64,000 bases of DNA from Balanoglossus misakiensis. Taxonomy: Eukaryota; Animalia; Hemichordata. Below the pieces are notes generated by a model. It was given only the letters and a program-made list of their open reading frames with translations, made no database searches and was not told the origin of the DNA. The DNA lies in NCBI GenBank assembly GCA_040954595.2, contig CM082576.2, positions 11,411,129-11,475,128 of the forward strand, in the 5' to 3' direction. Below are positions 39,101 through 51,417 of this stretch, piece by piece. Position numbers and translations under genes: made by a program. Every line of letters starts with the position of its first letter. The first letter of the stretch is position 1.

Positions 39101-42100
39101 ATACGGATCCTTTGCCGCCGCGGTGTAACGGCAGACGACAATAGTCGTGCAGTTATAAATCAAACTGTGGAGGTGAAATCAGCCCTCCGACAACGATAGA
39201 AAGGCACACGAACTGTAGGCCTGACTATACTTGTCAGTGTGGCTGGCCTTGGAAGCAGATTGAGACAGTGGGTTCTCTTCTTGATCCCGAATAATAACCG
39301 CGTAGCTGCGAGATGGCAGAGTGGTTGACTAAAACGCTTTAGATTATTGCCACACGGCACGTATACGAGTGGGCACACCGGAGTTTACTCAGCTGGCGAA
39401 TGGGGAACTTTTTTCTCACGCTGCAGTATATAATCGAGGTCAACGTGTCTAGAATTTTGTTCATAATGCAGAAAAACAAGAAGCATTTGCTAATTTTCGC
39501 GTGCACTGTTTACGTGACAACGTCTAACCTCACCGTCAGTTTTAATGGTCTCAGGTTATCACCCCGTAGCGGTTAAAAAAAACACGATTTCACCCACGCA
39601 AGAATATCGTATCGCAATCCTCGGTTGCCCCCCCCCCCCGCAACATTTACCTTTGAAATATTATTAGAAAGACAGACGGATCTACAGCACTCTTTCTGAG
39701 ACTTGTCAGAAATTGTCAGGGCGTGACGTGTTAGGTCAGGTGATAACACGGGGGTCAAGTCGGGTCACGCCAGGGTCGGATCAGATCACGACTCGGGGCA
39801 CAGGGGGCAATGTAAGGTCAATTTTGGGTCACGCTTTGTGCATTGTGCGGTTGTATTTAGTTCCCACACAGTATAAAGCAGAACGAGCACTATTCAAATT
39901 GAGTTTGTGTTTGAAGTTGAAATATCATTTTGATCACATCGCATTTCTGTTGTTCTGTTTGTGACTTATTTTTATAGAAAAATATCACATAGGAATGTAT
40001 ATTTGACAAATCTCTTTTATTTCACGTGGTGGAACTCCGATAACATGGCAAGTATTTGTTTCATTTAGTCTGCAATATATATTTTTTTCAATTTCCACGT
40101 AAATGTACTGTAGGCCCAGTTTCCAGATCATGCCCACATCACCGGGTGCTTGATAATCTTTCTAATGAGCTTCAATCGCAAATCACGACTAAACATGAAA
40201 ACTGGCACTAGACTAGTCTTTCCGAGTCGAAGGCCATTTGCACGTAAAAATCGAACAATTGTTGAAGTAATTCATAAATTTGTTGAATTCACAACTTCCA
40301 AAAGTAATCTCCTCTACGTACTTCTCGACAAATGACTTCGCGTGAACTCCTAGTCACCTGATATCCTTGACGCCAAAGATGCGTGTAAAATAAACCAAAT
40401 GTTGCTGGAAAATAGGCCTATCGACCCCTCGACACTGCACATTGCGTTCGTAAATGAAGCACCTAGGCTATATGCTTCAACGGTACATTGCGCGTTACCA
40501 ATAGACCTGCGAACTTGTACGCTTCAGTAGACGGTTTTGTAATGTGATTGATGAACTGACGGCTTTAATAGTCCTCTGTGCTTACTAACGAACAAATGTT
40601 TCACTTGTACCGCAGACCGAAGCTGTTCGTTCATCCGACCCCATAAAATGTACGACGGCAACGCGAGAAAATATTACTGTCTCGGTGTCTCCGCACCAGA
40701 AACGTTTGGTGGCGCCAGCCTCTAACAGATACGGTTTCCGTTTGTCATTTGTATGCACGCACCACCACCGCGGCGCATCATGTTATAGTTTGGAGGCCAC
40801 GCTGACTCCAACGGAGAAATGTCAGATGTCACCCAAACATACCTCTCTAACCTTTATTTTTGCAATTACGCGCCATTAGGACATGTAGCCGATACTATGT
40901 CGTTTGCAAAATAAAACGGGGAAGAGGTCGTACGACTTGTCGGCTAGGAACTTTTTTCCCTTCTGAATCTAGGCCAAACACATGACTGGAAATGGAAACA
41001 GACTGCTGGCGTCGTGGTTGTGCCAGATTAGCTGGCAACAGTCCTCAGGAGATATATGGGAAAATTTTAATAGCACTTTAAGTTGCCGGTTGTCCATGAC
41101 ACAACGGCGGCGTGACATTCTCGTCGACTCCGAGTTGTCAGGTAGCCCTCACTTACCTCTTCACAATCTGTCTCCACTCGGTGAATTAAAACGACACCCG
41201 TGGCGGTAAACCGAGAAGCGTGCACGGCCAACCACAGAACGAGACTGAGAAATGGCGCCAAATGAAAAAAAAAAAAAGATGGCCGCGAGAAGGTATCTAT
41301 GCTGACTTATAGATGTGAACTTGATGCGGGAGGTATGATCAGAGCCTTATCGGATATTATCCATTACCCAGGTTGGAAACAAGGGAACTTCATATCTACA
41401 AACATAACCCACGGGGCTTTCACAAAATGTCAAAGGGATACTGTATTTGAAGGTTAACAGAAATGTTAACATCAGATGCCATCGACATGCGCCCATGGAG
41501 AAGGAGTTGTTATTTTTTACGTCGTCTCCTTGGCTACTTTCATCAAGATACCTCGGGCCAATGAACCCAACAATACAACAGATCAATGTGACATCTTCAC
41601 TATCTCCGAGTCGCATGTGATGAGATTTTCTATCTCTGGTCAAATCTCACGATGTATCTATCTCCTGAACCCCTTTCCACGTTTTATATTACTCGGAATA
41701 GTATAACATAAGAAATTAAGACTGACATTTGACTTGTATGCTTTGTGACAGAAATCTGATTTTTCCTCCTACGGGAGCAATTCTCTAATCAGGTCCATCA
41801 TTTTGCATCTGACAGCCACGTTACTAATGCATGATGTCCGCAGGCCGCCATCTGTTTTCTTGTTGAACTCTCATCATTCGGGTGACTTCCATATTTGCGC
41901 GCAACTACACCGGAGAAATCCCCGTCCTTGTTTCGTTTGTTGATATTGAATCAATAATTGCAGCTTTGCGCTGTCTGTATCTGAGTGGTGCTGTTCCACT
42001 TCTTTAAGCGTTTGATGGCAAACCCTCTCTCTCCGATATTATAAAGATTGTTCTTTCTTTCTTTCTTTTTTATCAAACTATAACCTCTGTTTTTTCGTCA

Positions 42101-42793
42101 AAAACGTTTAGGTCAAAGATTCTGCAGATCAAGGGAATACGATACAAAACAAAACTGTGGACAAAAATGCTCAAACGTTACAGCACTGCCCAGTTTAACG
42201 TTGAGTCTTTCCTAAACTTTGATCATTTAACGTGACTTTCACAGCACGGTCAGTGACGTAAGCACCCCTTCCCCCCCACCGCTGTGACGTAGGGAAAGTC
42301 ACGGAGCCCGATATACTGAGATGGTCGCGTGTGCCAAGGTAATCACTCGGTGACACGAGAAAATGTCCCGGATGAATACCACCGTCACGTATCGCTAGAA
42401 TTCTGTAAGCTATTGACGTGATACGTACCTTGGCTTTTAAAGAACACTCCATATTTAATATGAGTTCCCGCTATGCGAATATTTTATAAATAGAGCTCGG
42501 TTCCTCGGGAATAAAAAAGCAATAATAGGGTGACGTCACGCCGACGTAGGTTTGTGTGTTAGAAGTCGTCGTTGGCTGTAGTTCATCACCCTGAAGAAAA
42601 AGACACACCAGTTTAATATTGGTTGGATATAAATCTTCAGACACACAAGAATAGATCGCTTGTGGAACAATCTGGCTATTAAGTAGAGTATGATGGTCCA
42701 GCGAAAACAAGCCATGAATTATTATATTACTTTTACCTACAAAACAGATACTAGTATGCCGCCACTTCGCCTTTCTCGCAAGTTTGTAAAATA

Positions 42794-42892
42794 TGATTGA
42801 TTGATTGATTGATTGATTGATCGCCTGTCTTATTACTTCAATCAAATAATCAACCAGTCTACCTGCCTGCCTGCCTGTCTGTCTGTCTGTCT
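42794..42892. repeat. Compound tetranucleotide microsatellites (GATT)n and (CCTG/CTGT)n
   Basis: Visible directly at about 42794-42820 and 42860-42892. Confidence 0.85.
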
Positions 42893-44179
42893 CATTCTCT
42901 GCCCATTTACATGCGTTCCGTCACACGTGCCTCATGTGCCCTGGCAATCACTGTGTCGTCACAACGTCTTTTCATTTATTGCGTATAGTTTCTCTTCGTC
43001 GTGTTCTGTTGTGTTCAGTTTCTAACCCAGTCAACCGCTACCTACCGTCAAACTATAACGTTTTCTCTCCCGCCGTCAACCGTCGCAATTCAGTCGGTCC
43101 GGGTGGGTCACAGTTCACAGGATTTTGCAGACCAACTGTTGAGGGAACACGTCCAGTGGAATTAACAAATCTATTTAAATACCTAAAAGCAGACTCGATT
43201 AACGTACTCCTGTTCGCATACGTCTTGCCCGACCCGTTTTATTTACACACATTAAGAATGTAGTCATATGTACATATATCAAATATTTGTTATAAAAGTA
43301 ACGTCTGGCGCGTTGACACCGTCTGGGAATGCCTCCGCGGTCCATGCGTTTCAGAGAAGAGTCGCCAGGCTCAAACGAGCGAGTGTAAATCTGTCACAGG
43401 AGAATGGTTTCAGAAAAATCACCATAGTAGCGGCCAATCCGAATAGTGAGGTACCTGTGTAAGTTAGCGCACATATCCCGCCAACCTTATTTCCTAAATC
43501 TCCTCTGGCTTCACACTGGTGTTTGCGAACCGCACTTTGGAAACGTGTGTTTATCCGTCGGACCTACTAAACCGTTTAACGACATAACGGTTATTTGCCC
43601 CCTCTCGTCTTTCTCTAGGGTAGCAATCAATGTAGCTTTTGAGCTAAAATCTGTCTCTCAGTACTTTTCACTTATCTTTTTTACGGATCAGGTGACGCCC
43701 TATCGTCATCGCCTACCTGTTTCCAGAAAATTTACACTCAGTTTGCTGCTGCTCAGGGGCATTTCCGTCAAGTCTTGCTGTCAGTCGCACAGACTGACGG
43801 CCGGCAGCCCGGTTTGCTTTTATTGTTTGTCTGGGCGAGCGACAAACATATCATGTAGCCAGTGTCATCACCGAGTACCGATGGATCTGGTGTGAAGTCG
43901 GCGTTCTGTTTTAACTAGTGCCGAAGGCAGAGGGCCGGTGTTTGTACCACCTTCTCGCAGTTACATAAAAGAAACACATACTAAAAAGGCACAAGCGGCC
44001 GTCGACTATCTAGCCGGCCGTCGATTACTTTACAAGTACCTGTTCTCCAAATTGTACCGCAAAGATGTAAATTACATGTACCGCAGATTCTAAAAAAATA
44101 TCTGGTACGACAGATGAATCACGACAGGCATATTTCAGTAATAACCCTCGACATAAAACGAAATTCGCAACACAGTGGT

Positions 44180-45250
44180 TGCCAGGCAGCCGTCATGGAT
44201 CACTTGTGGCACAGATTGGTATATTTTGTGACATTGAGAATATAGCGCGACATGTATTGATGTGCAGCATAGTCCATGTACCAAGTTTGAATGGAATTAG
44301 TCCAGACAGGTGTTAGACGGTAGGTATAGGGGGGGGGGGGGCGGAAGTGCACAGGGACCCGAATTGATGCTTGATCGGACTGACTATGGCTATAGAGTGT
44401 TTTTGGAGAGTGCATCTTGAGGATGCATTCAAAATTCCCAATCTTGATGCAGAATGAAATGCTCTTTGTCTGCATTGCATGGAGTTGCAAGGCCAACAGC
44501 AAATGTTCCATAAGACTTGGGCATTAATTAATTTTGTCAAAATAAATTAAGAACGAGGGCGCTATTTTTACCGCTCCCTGGACTTCAACTTTTGATGGAC
44601 TTGTCTGAACGAAATTTTCGGCAAGTGCACAAAGTGACCTTATCCTGATCGCAGTCAACGGGATCCGGATCTCTGCGTATTACAATATAGGCAAATTTAG
44701 CTCAACGCTACCATTGTCGTCCATGGAAAATGTAATGACTCTGGGCATTAAAATCATAACAAAATGGCCAGCATGCGGCCACATTTGATCGTATATCGTA
44801 AGACAATTTGCGTATGTACATCATAGCACATTATCCTTGTACCAAGTTCGAATATAATCGGTTCCTGAGATGATAAAATCGTAATAAAATGGCCGCCCGG
44901 CAGCCATATTGCACCATATCACGAAATTAATCGACTTGCTTAGTACGCCATAGTACATTGAACCAATTTTGAATGCAATCGGTGTAAACATGGCTGGGTA
45001 GGCTCAGGATACGAACACAGCAAAACGCCCGTGGACATTATGATTTGCAACATGAGATAAATTGACAAGCATATGTGCATCATAGTACACTGTCCTTGTA
45101 TAAAATTTGAATGTAATTTGAATGAAATCGTATCAGACGTATCGAGTAATGGCTCCTGATACACTGAGTCTCACGGACGGAAGAAGGGAGCCAAATCAAA
45201 GATGGACAAAAATCTATACGAAATCTTTTCTTCTCCAAAAGTTATTGACG
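44180..45250. repeat. Interspersed-repeat relic with degenerate ~130-150-bp internal tandem units
   Basis: Recurring AAAATGGCC..GCC, CATAGTACA/CATAGCACA and (A)CCAAGTT(T/C)GAAT...AATCGG blocks at about 44270, 44760-44860, 44885-44985 and 45070-45135, ending in ACGGACGG...GCCAAATC; resembles Helentron-associated (HINE-like) elements. Confidence 0.5.
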
Positions 45251-46135
45251 ACCACTTTTAGTTGCAGTTACTTTATTTTTTTCTCTTGGCGACGAGTACG
45301 GCAAACCAAGAGTGTTCCCCGGGCCATTTATGAGACATTATTACTAATGTATGGAGTTCTTTCTCTCACAAAATGGGGCGGGGGGGGGGAGGATTCCCAT
45401 ACACTCAGAAATACTTCACATGTCATGACAAAGCCGATTCCCCAAACCCCACTTGAAATTCAGACACATCGTCGCGCGCGCGGCACCCACGTCGCCTCTC
45501 TTTTTGTTGTGTCCTGTCATGGGGTTTGCATACTTAGGGGACATATTTGAATTCGTTCTACTTTCCGCTCAATTTACCGGCCAGGTAATCGAGTCAAACT
45601 TATTTAGATGCAAATAAACCCATTTTGATATCGATTCCCAGTGATAAGCTCATACTGATATCGTAACATGATCTAATGCAACGCATTCATAAACTTACAG
45701 AGAATGGGGTGTAACTGTGTTGTGTACGCGTGTGGCTGCGTTTTATTTTTGCCGCCGAGTGGATTGTGCTATTCGAAAGCCCCCCCCCCCCCCTTTCCCG
45801 CGCATGCTGAATTTATAGTTATGAACACCCTTTGTCGAGGACCACTACAAAGGAGAAATTATTGCAGTGGATTCGAGTCGTGTAAACATCATTGTTGAAG
45901 CAACAAACTCCTCCAGCCTATAATCTGATTGCCTAGCAGTTTTGAAATGACTCCGACGACTGTTGTCGCCGACCGAGCTCCGCCACCGGGCGATTCTATT
46001 CGGTTCCAGTCACAGCTGAGACGTTGTCGCCTGACAATGCCAGAGGGGGTGGGATTTATATAAATCTATCGGCTGAGCGGGATTTCAGAACTGGCTCCGT
46101 GTCGTTCAGAACTATGCGCGTGACGGCTTATCAAT

Positions 46136-46726
46136 AGAGAGGTTTAGTTACACGTAAATACGTTCGATCAGTACGCGTAGCGTCATTGTCACGTGATAAG
46201 CAGAGGTCGCGTACGCGTAGAACAGACGTTCGGAACGGCAAGCGACGCTTCTACGCGTAATCATGATTACGTGTAACATTTTTTCGGAATTTCTCGATAT
46301 TCTCTCTTTAATTTGAGCGATTGATCTCTGCAGTGCAATTGTGATGTAGCCAGCATCCATGTTATCTAAAAAAATCTGCCATATGTGCTTAAACCGGCGC
46401 TATTTGGTGTTTTCAAAACATAAACACAAAAATGTATTCCCAAACTACGTTTTCAGTGGACGCCTCGACAAAGACATCGAAAAACTTCACTAAACTATCT
46501 TTCCACTGCAGTCAAGAAACTTATTGCAAGGGTGGTGATCTTAGAGAATATTCATCACACACAAAATTTATTGAAGTGAAAAATATTTGAATTTTCTATT
46601 GTTTTTAAATATTTTTGTTATTCAAAACGGACAACTAAACCGCAAAATTCACGCGTCGCTACGCATACGCGAACGCCACTGCCTGCCGTCAGACGTACGC
46701 GTACTTACGTGTAACTAAACCTCTCT
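46136..46726. mobile_element. 591-bp non-autonomous PIF/Harbinger-group-like element
   Basis: Perfect 22-bp TIR AGAGAGGTTTAGTTACACGTAA (46136-46157) / TTACGTGTAACTAAACCTCTCT (46705-46726); 3-bp TSD AAT on both sides; ACGCGT-rich subterminal repeats; no transposase ORF. Confidence 0.88.
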
Positions 46727-49700
46727 AATGTCACTCCTCTCCTAACGCCCGTGTTATTGCACACTTTGGTATTGAAATTTAGACCATGTTCCTACTAGTA
46801 TTTCTTTGTTTAAGTGGTATTAATATGTTTTTTTTTCGACGCCTTTTAACTTTCTAAAACAACCATACACTCCACACATCCAGTCTGACAATGGCTCAGA
46901 CTATTTTAACTATCATAATATACTACGACAGTGCTTTCGTCAAGATTCTCATAATTTTTCACGGTCACTGTAATGTTAAATCACTGGCCTGAGTAAATAT
47001 TTCCATATTTCTCTACTGACAGGCTTTACCTTTCAACTTGCTATACTGCTCTGATCACCACCCCAAGCCTAATGGATCACAGCAAACGACCCCAAAACCA
47101 ATTTTGCCTAATTGCTGACTACTACCATTGGCACAGAGTCTCTGGTCAGAATCATTGACATCCATATTCTCTCAGTTTCTCGCTGTTTTTCACCGTCATC
47201 GTGTCTGTATGTTTCACTCTGTCTGTTCTCGTCTGCATGTCCATCCACCGAATTTACAATTTCATATTTCTCACCCGAAGAAAGTGCATTTGATCGAGTG
47301 GTGAGTCCATCCACTGCCAAAGGTCGAAGGTTGCCAAGTAGACCCAAGTCTGTGCAACTAAAAACTTACCTCAGCTGTACCTCGAACAACAGATTCCGCA
47401 AAGGACAGGCAGACCGCACCACTTGTTTCTTGCAGAACGTATAGTACCAAAAGATATCTCCAAATTAACGTGCAATCATTAAACTGATTACAGTGTTTGA
47501 TCCAGCATATAAGTCGGTGATTCTTTACAATAGGAATTGCCGCAACGAACGGTACAGCAGCGTTGAAGACTACCACTTGTAGAAGTTACTTCGAAATCGG
47601 TACAAAAATGCTTTGCACATGCGCTCTATACTTTCACCGACACGACCGTGCGTTTGTTGCTCGTTCTAGAATACTTCTGAGCACGATCACGAGTGTTCTG
47701 AGAACCACTGTAGGTCGGGACGATAATTCCAGACATCAGGTTACGATCCAATCGGTCGGTATCCCCTTCCATGCACTGAATCAGAATACCGGTGCATGCC
47801 TACTCCGTGTTTACACGACAAAGTGCGTCTTTGTTTACGGATATTTACTTACGTCAACGAGAAGGGTTCAAATGTAAACTTCTGCATGTGAACTTTCCTC
47901 TCTTTTCCATTCGACATTTTATTGCGCCGGGAGCGTTAGAGAGTGGGCCAATAAAACCGACCGACACCATCGTCATTATAAACAAGCCTGTCATGTTTTT
48001 TGTAAATATTGCCCCTCTGCATACTTTCACCCAAATGCCGGAATTTCAAAGACATCCCAAGTATGCCGGTTCTTCTGAGTGACACACTACGTGAGCATCT
48101 CCAGCCTAAGCGACAAACGATGTAGGCCTACACTCTCAACGGTTCCTTCTCTCAATCTTCAAATCCATAGGGAAATTTCTTGTGAAGCGGGGGGGGGGGG
48201 GAACGCCGCCATAGAACTAAAAAGCTGATATGATAATCAAACAAAAGCGAAGTGTTCTGTCGTCTGCAACTCTACTATAAACTGTAGACTATGAACGGAA
48301 TGTCGACAGGTCCTCGTTTACAACTCTCAACACGAACTCATTTGCATCTACAAAGCGTGGTGTTCCCAGTGAAGATGAAGACGACATTGATATCGCCCCT
48401 ATGCTAATAATGTTACCCGGGAAAGCAAGATACTCGATTCCCGAGAAACCAAGACTTTTACCGACCGCTGACGTTCAGTGCAAGAGGCATGGCAATGTCG
48501 ACCCCGAATGCATCTTTCAAGATGTTTATAATGACTGGCTGTGAGAAACGAATGTTAAATGCACAAGTGTACATGTCTGGTTCAAACTTGTGACAACAGG
48601 GCCTAATATGTCGCGCCTCTTTCAGTTCAACGTAAAATTTGTGACCACGCAAACGTGCTATATGGGAATTCTTCCTCCTCCGGCTCCCCTTGACATTTTG
48701 CAGACCGGCCGCGCCCTGGTCTCTGGTGAGGAAGACGCTGTGAACTGTTAAAGACCAAGCACCGCTCCGAGGAACTTGAACTTCCAGAGAGCGATAACAT
48801 GCTCTTCAAAGTCACGATGACAGTATTAATGACGCCGAGCCCCCGGCGAATGTCGAGTGTGTGGGCGAACATCTCGTCTCGTTTCCTGCCACACGCAAGC
48901 GTGGGCCACTATATCGCCGGGTTTTCCGTCACGCAACTACAGCTAAGGTTAAAAGTGGTACTGGACTCCAGCGTCTGTCAACATTCAACAAGCTAATATT
49001 TGAACGTTAATCGACACTAGGTATATCGAAATGAATACACGGATTCGGGAAAGAAGGTTGATATAACAATATATTTATTTCGAAACACTATGTCACTGAA
49101 AGATACCGATAATATAGTAATAATAATTATAATATTTGCTTGATAAGCTCAAAAATGACAAAGCAGACTTCTTGTTGATAAAAATAAGGGTCATCATAGA
49201 TGACTATTAGTGGATTAGGGTCCGTTTACCTGCACAATTTATAAGTGACCAAAGCATCTTCGCCAGCTATTAAACCATGAAACACGATACGGTAACCATG
49301 GAAATCAAATCAACTTACGCGATTTCTTTAATTTAACATTCCTGAAATAATCACTACGTCTACGGAGTAATCGCTAAGATAATATATTTGGGAGTTTCAA
49401 TGCCAACACACCGACAACTGAACTGTGTACCTTGCCCGATTTCTTTGACACCAGGCGCCGGTCAAAGGTCAAACCCAAATTCGAGAAAGTTTCAAAAAGA
49501 CTCATCGGGTCTTCGTGGCACGAGGTTGTCGGTGTGATATACCTGATATTGGCGCTCTTCGTAGTCGATCTGAGAGTCTTGTAAAATTTTACGTCGGAAA
49601 AAAATAAATTACATGCTCGTAATAATGTTAAATTGAGTTTAAAACTCGTAAACTACGGTACAATCTAGGTAATTTTTACTTGTATGTACAGTACAAAATA

Positions 49701-51417
49701 AAAGTGTCCATAATGATTGGAACGTGCACCGTGAAACCTAATAACCTGCTTTGATAAAATTTAAAGTAGCTTAATAATATTTTATCGTGGTGTCTTATGA
49801 CACTGTTTGGTGATCTGAATGCCAACGTTGTCTTTTTACTGTGTAGCTCGGATTTTAAAAAATGCTACGAGAATGTTATTACCGGTGACATGAGTTGTGT
49901 GACGGGGTGTCCTCGCGGGACTCCGTCTGGCACTGCAGGGCCGCTCTGATATCACAGAGGCAAAATCGGTTAAAGGCCGACGATCGTCTCTTATGCGCAT
50001 GTGCATAATTTCGTGTGTACGGCAGTACGTCCAATCGAAATGTTCTGCAAATTTTGCGTTCGAAACATTCAAATAGTGGACTGCCTTCTCTTCCTTCCAT
50101 ATGCTCACAGTATAAGTAGACTTTAGTTTTATCCCTTCTTTTCACCCAATTCGCTGCATTTTCCCAATCTCCGACATGGTCTCCGCCTTCTTGTCTGTTG
50201 CACAAAGACTTATGCCACTGACCGTATACAATGTTTTGTAACCGGAGTCTCTGGTTTGGTACATGCGCATAAAGACGATCGTCGCCCTTTAAATGCCTCC
50301 TATTGCACAACATTGAATTTCAGATGCCGCCTTTTGATCCGTCCGAAAGTGAATTTACAAAAAAGTGAGTGCGTACGGCTAAAAATAATTTCAACCTTTT
50401 CTATTTACCATCCCGCCAGGGGACGTTGTAGATTTTCTTTTCAAAACGATTAAACTTTCGTTGACCGGCACATTTGTATTAAGTTTCGAAACTGGCTTTC
50501 GACGGTCTGAGACGCGATCAGTTTGACTCTTCACTCTTTAACGTCACGACGTGCAGAGAGTGAAAATAGTTGATGTTGAGATTGGTTCACCCAAAGGTGA
50601 ACGGGTCACAACCAAGACTGACACGGCGGTGTCGCGGAAAACTCGATCGTTCCTGCGCTGTACCGGCACCAGGTAAATCGGTCTGCAGCTTATTGGAGAT
50701 GGTCGGGATGAACTCTGTCGGGAAACACACGGTTCGTGAGAGTGGACGATATAAACAGCCGTCGCGTACAGAATTTCATCTGATTACATTTACCTAGTTA
50801 CATCGAAGTGATACAAGAACATAACACACTACGTACTATACGCACGGGTAATAACAATAGGGAATTCCACGTAATCCAATGTAACATGGGTTCGATTATA
50901 GGGTGAAATTTCATTCGGCTTGATTCGATTTGTTAGCGCCCATAACTTCGATACGGAGCTCGGGAAGTTTGCTGTTTACTCGGATTTCAGCTTCGTTTTT
51001 CCTGAACCTCTATCTGATTATCCTCCCCAAATCTCGCCCGGGGGCGCTTTCGGTGATGAAAGAGCTGCATTGTGAGAAATCTGATTATACGAGAAGGAAA
51101 ACACGATACACAAACAACTGTCATTCGCATCGTCATGGAGACGTGGACGGTTTGCAGCACAGAACCCAACACTTCATATACTACCGTCACTATATGCACA
51201 CGTACCCAAAGGCGAAAAATATAGGCAAGAGAATTTTCCTATTATTGTTACTTGTGATAACCAAGCCAGTATGTGATATCTCTCAAGTTAACTCTGGCAA
51301 TGACCGTGTCACCTGGACATGCTCGAGGCTCGCGAGAATCTCGGTATCTCCGCTATGAAGACATTATTGGCCAATCTGGATTTTGACCCCCCCCCCCCAA
51401 AAAAAAATGTGATGCGA

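Noticed and set aside
43268-43895. Two plus-strand ORFs joinable in phase (donor 43450, acceptor 43691)
   Set aside because: The product has no recognisable motif or coding-like composition, and the donor (GTACCT) is weak.
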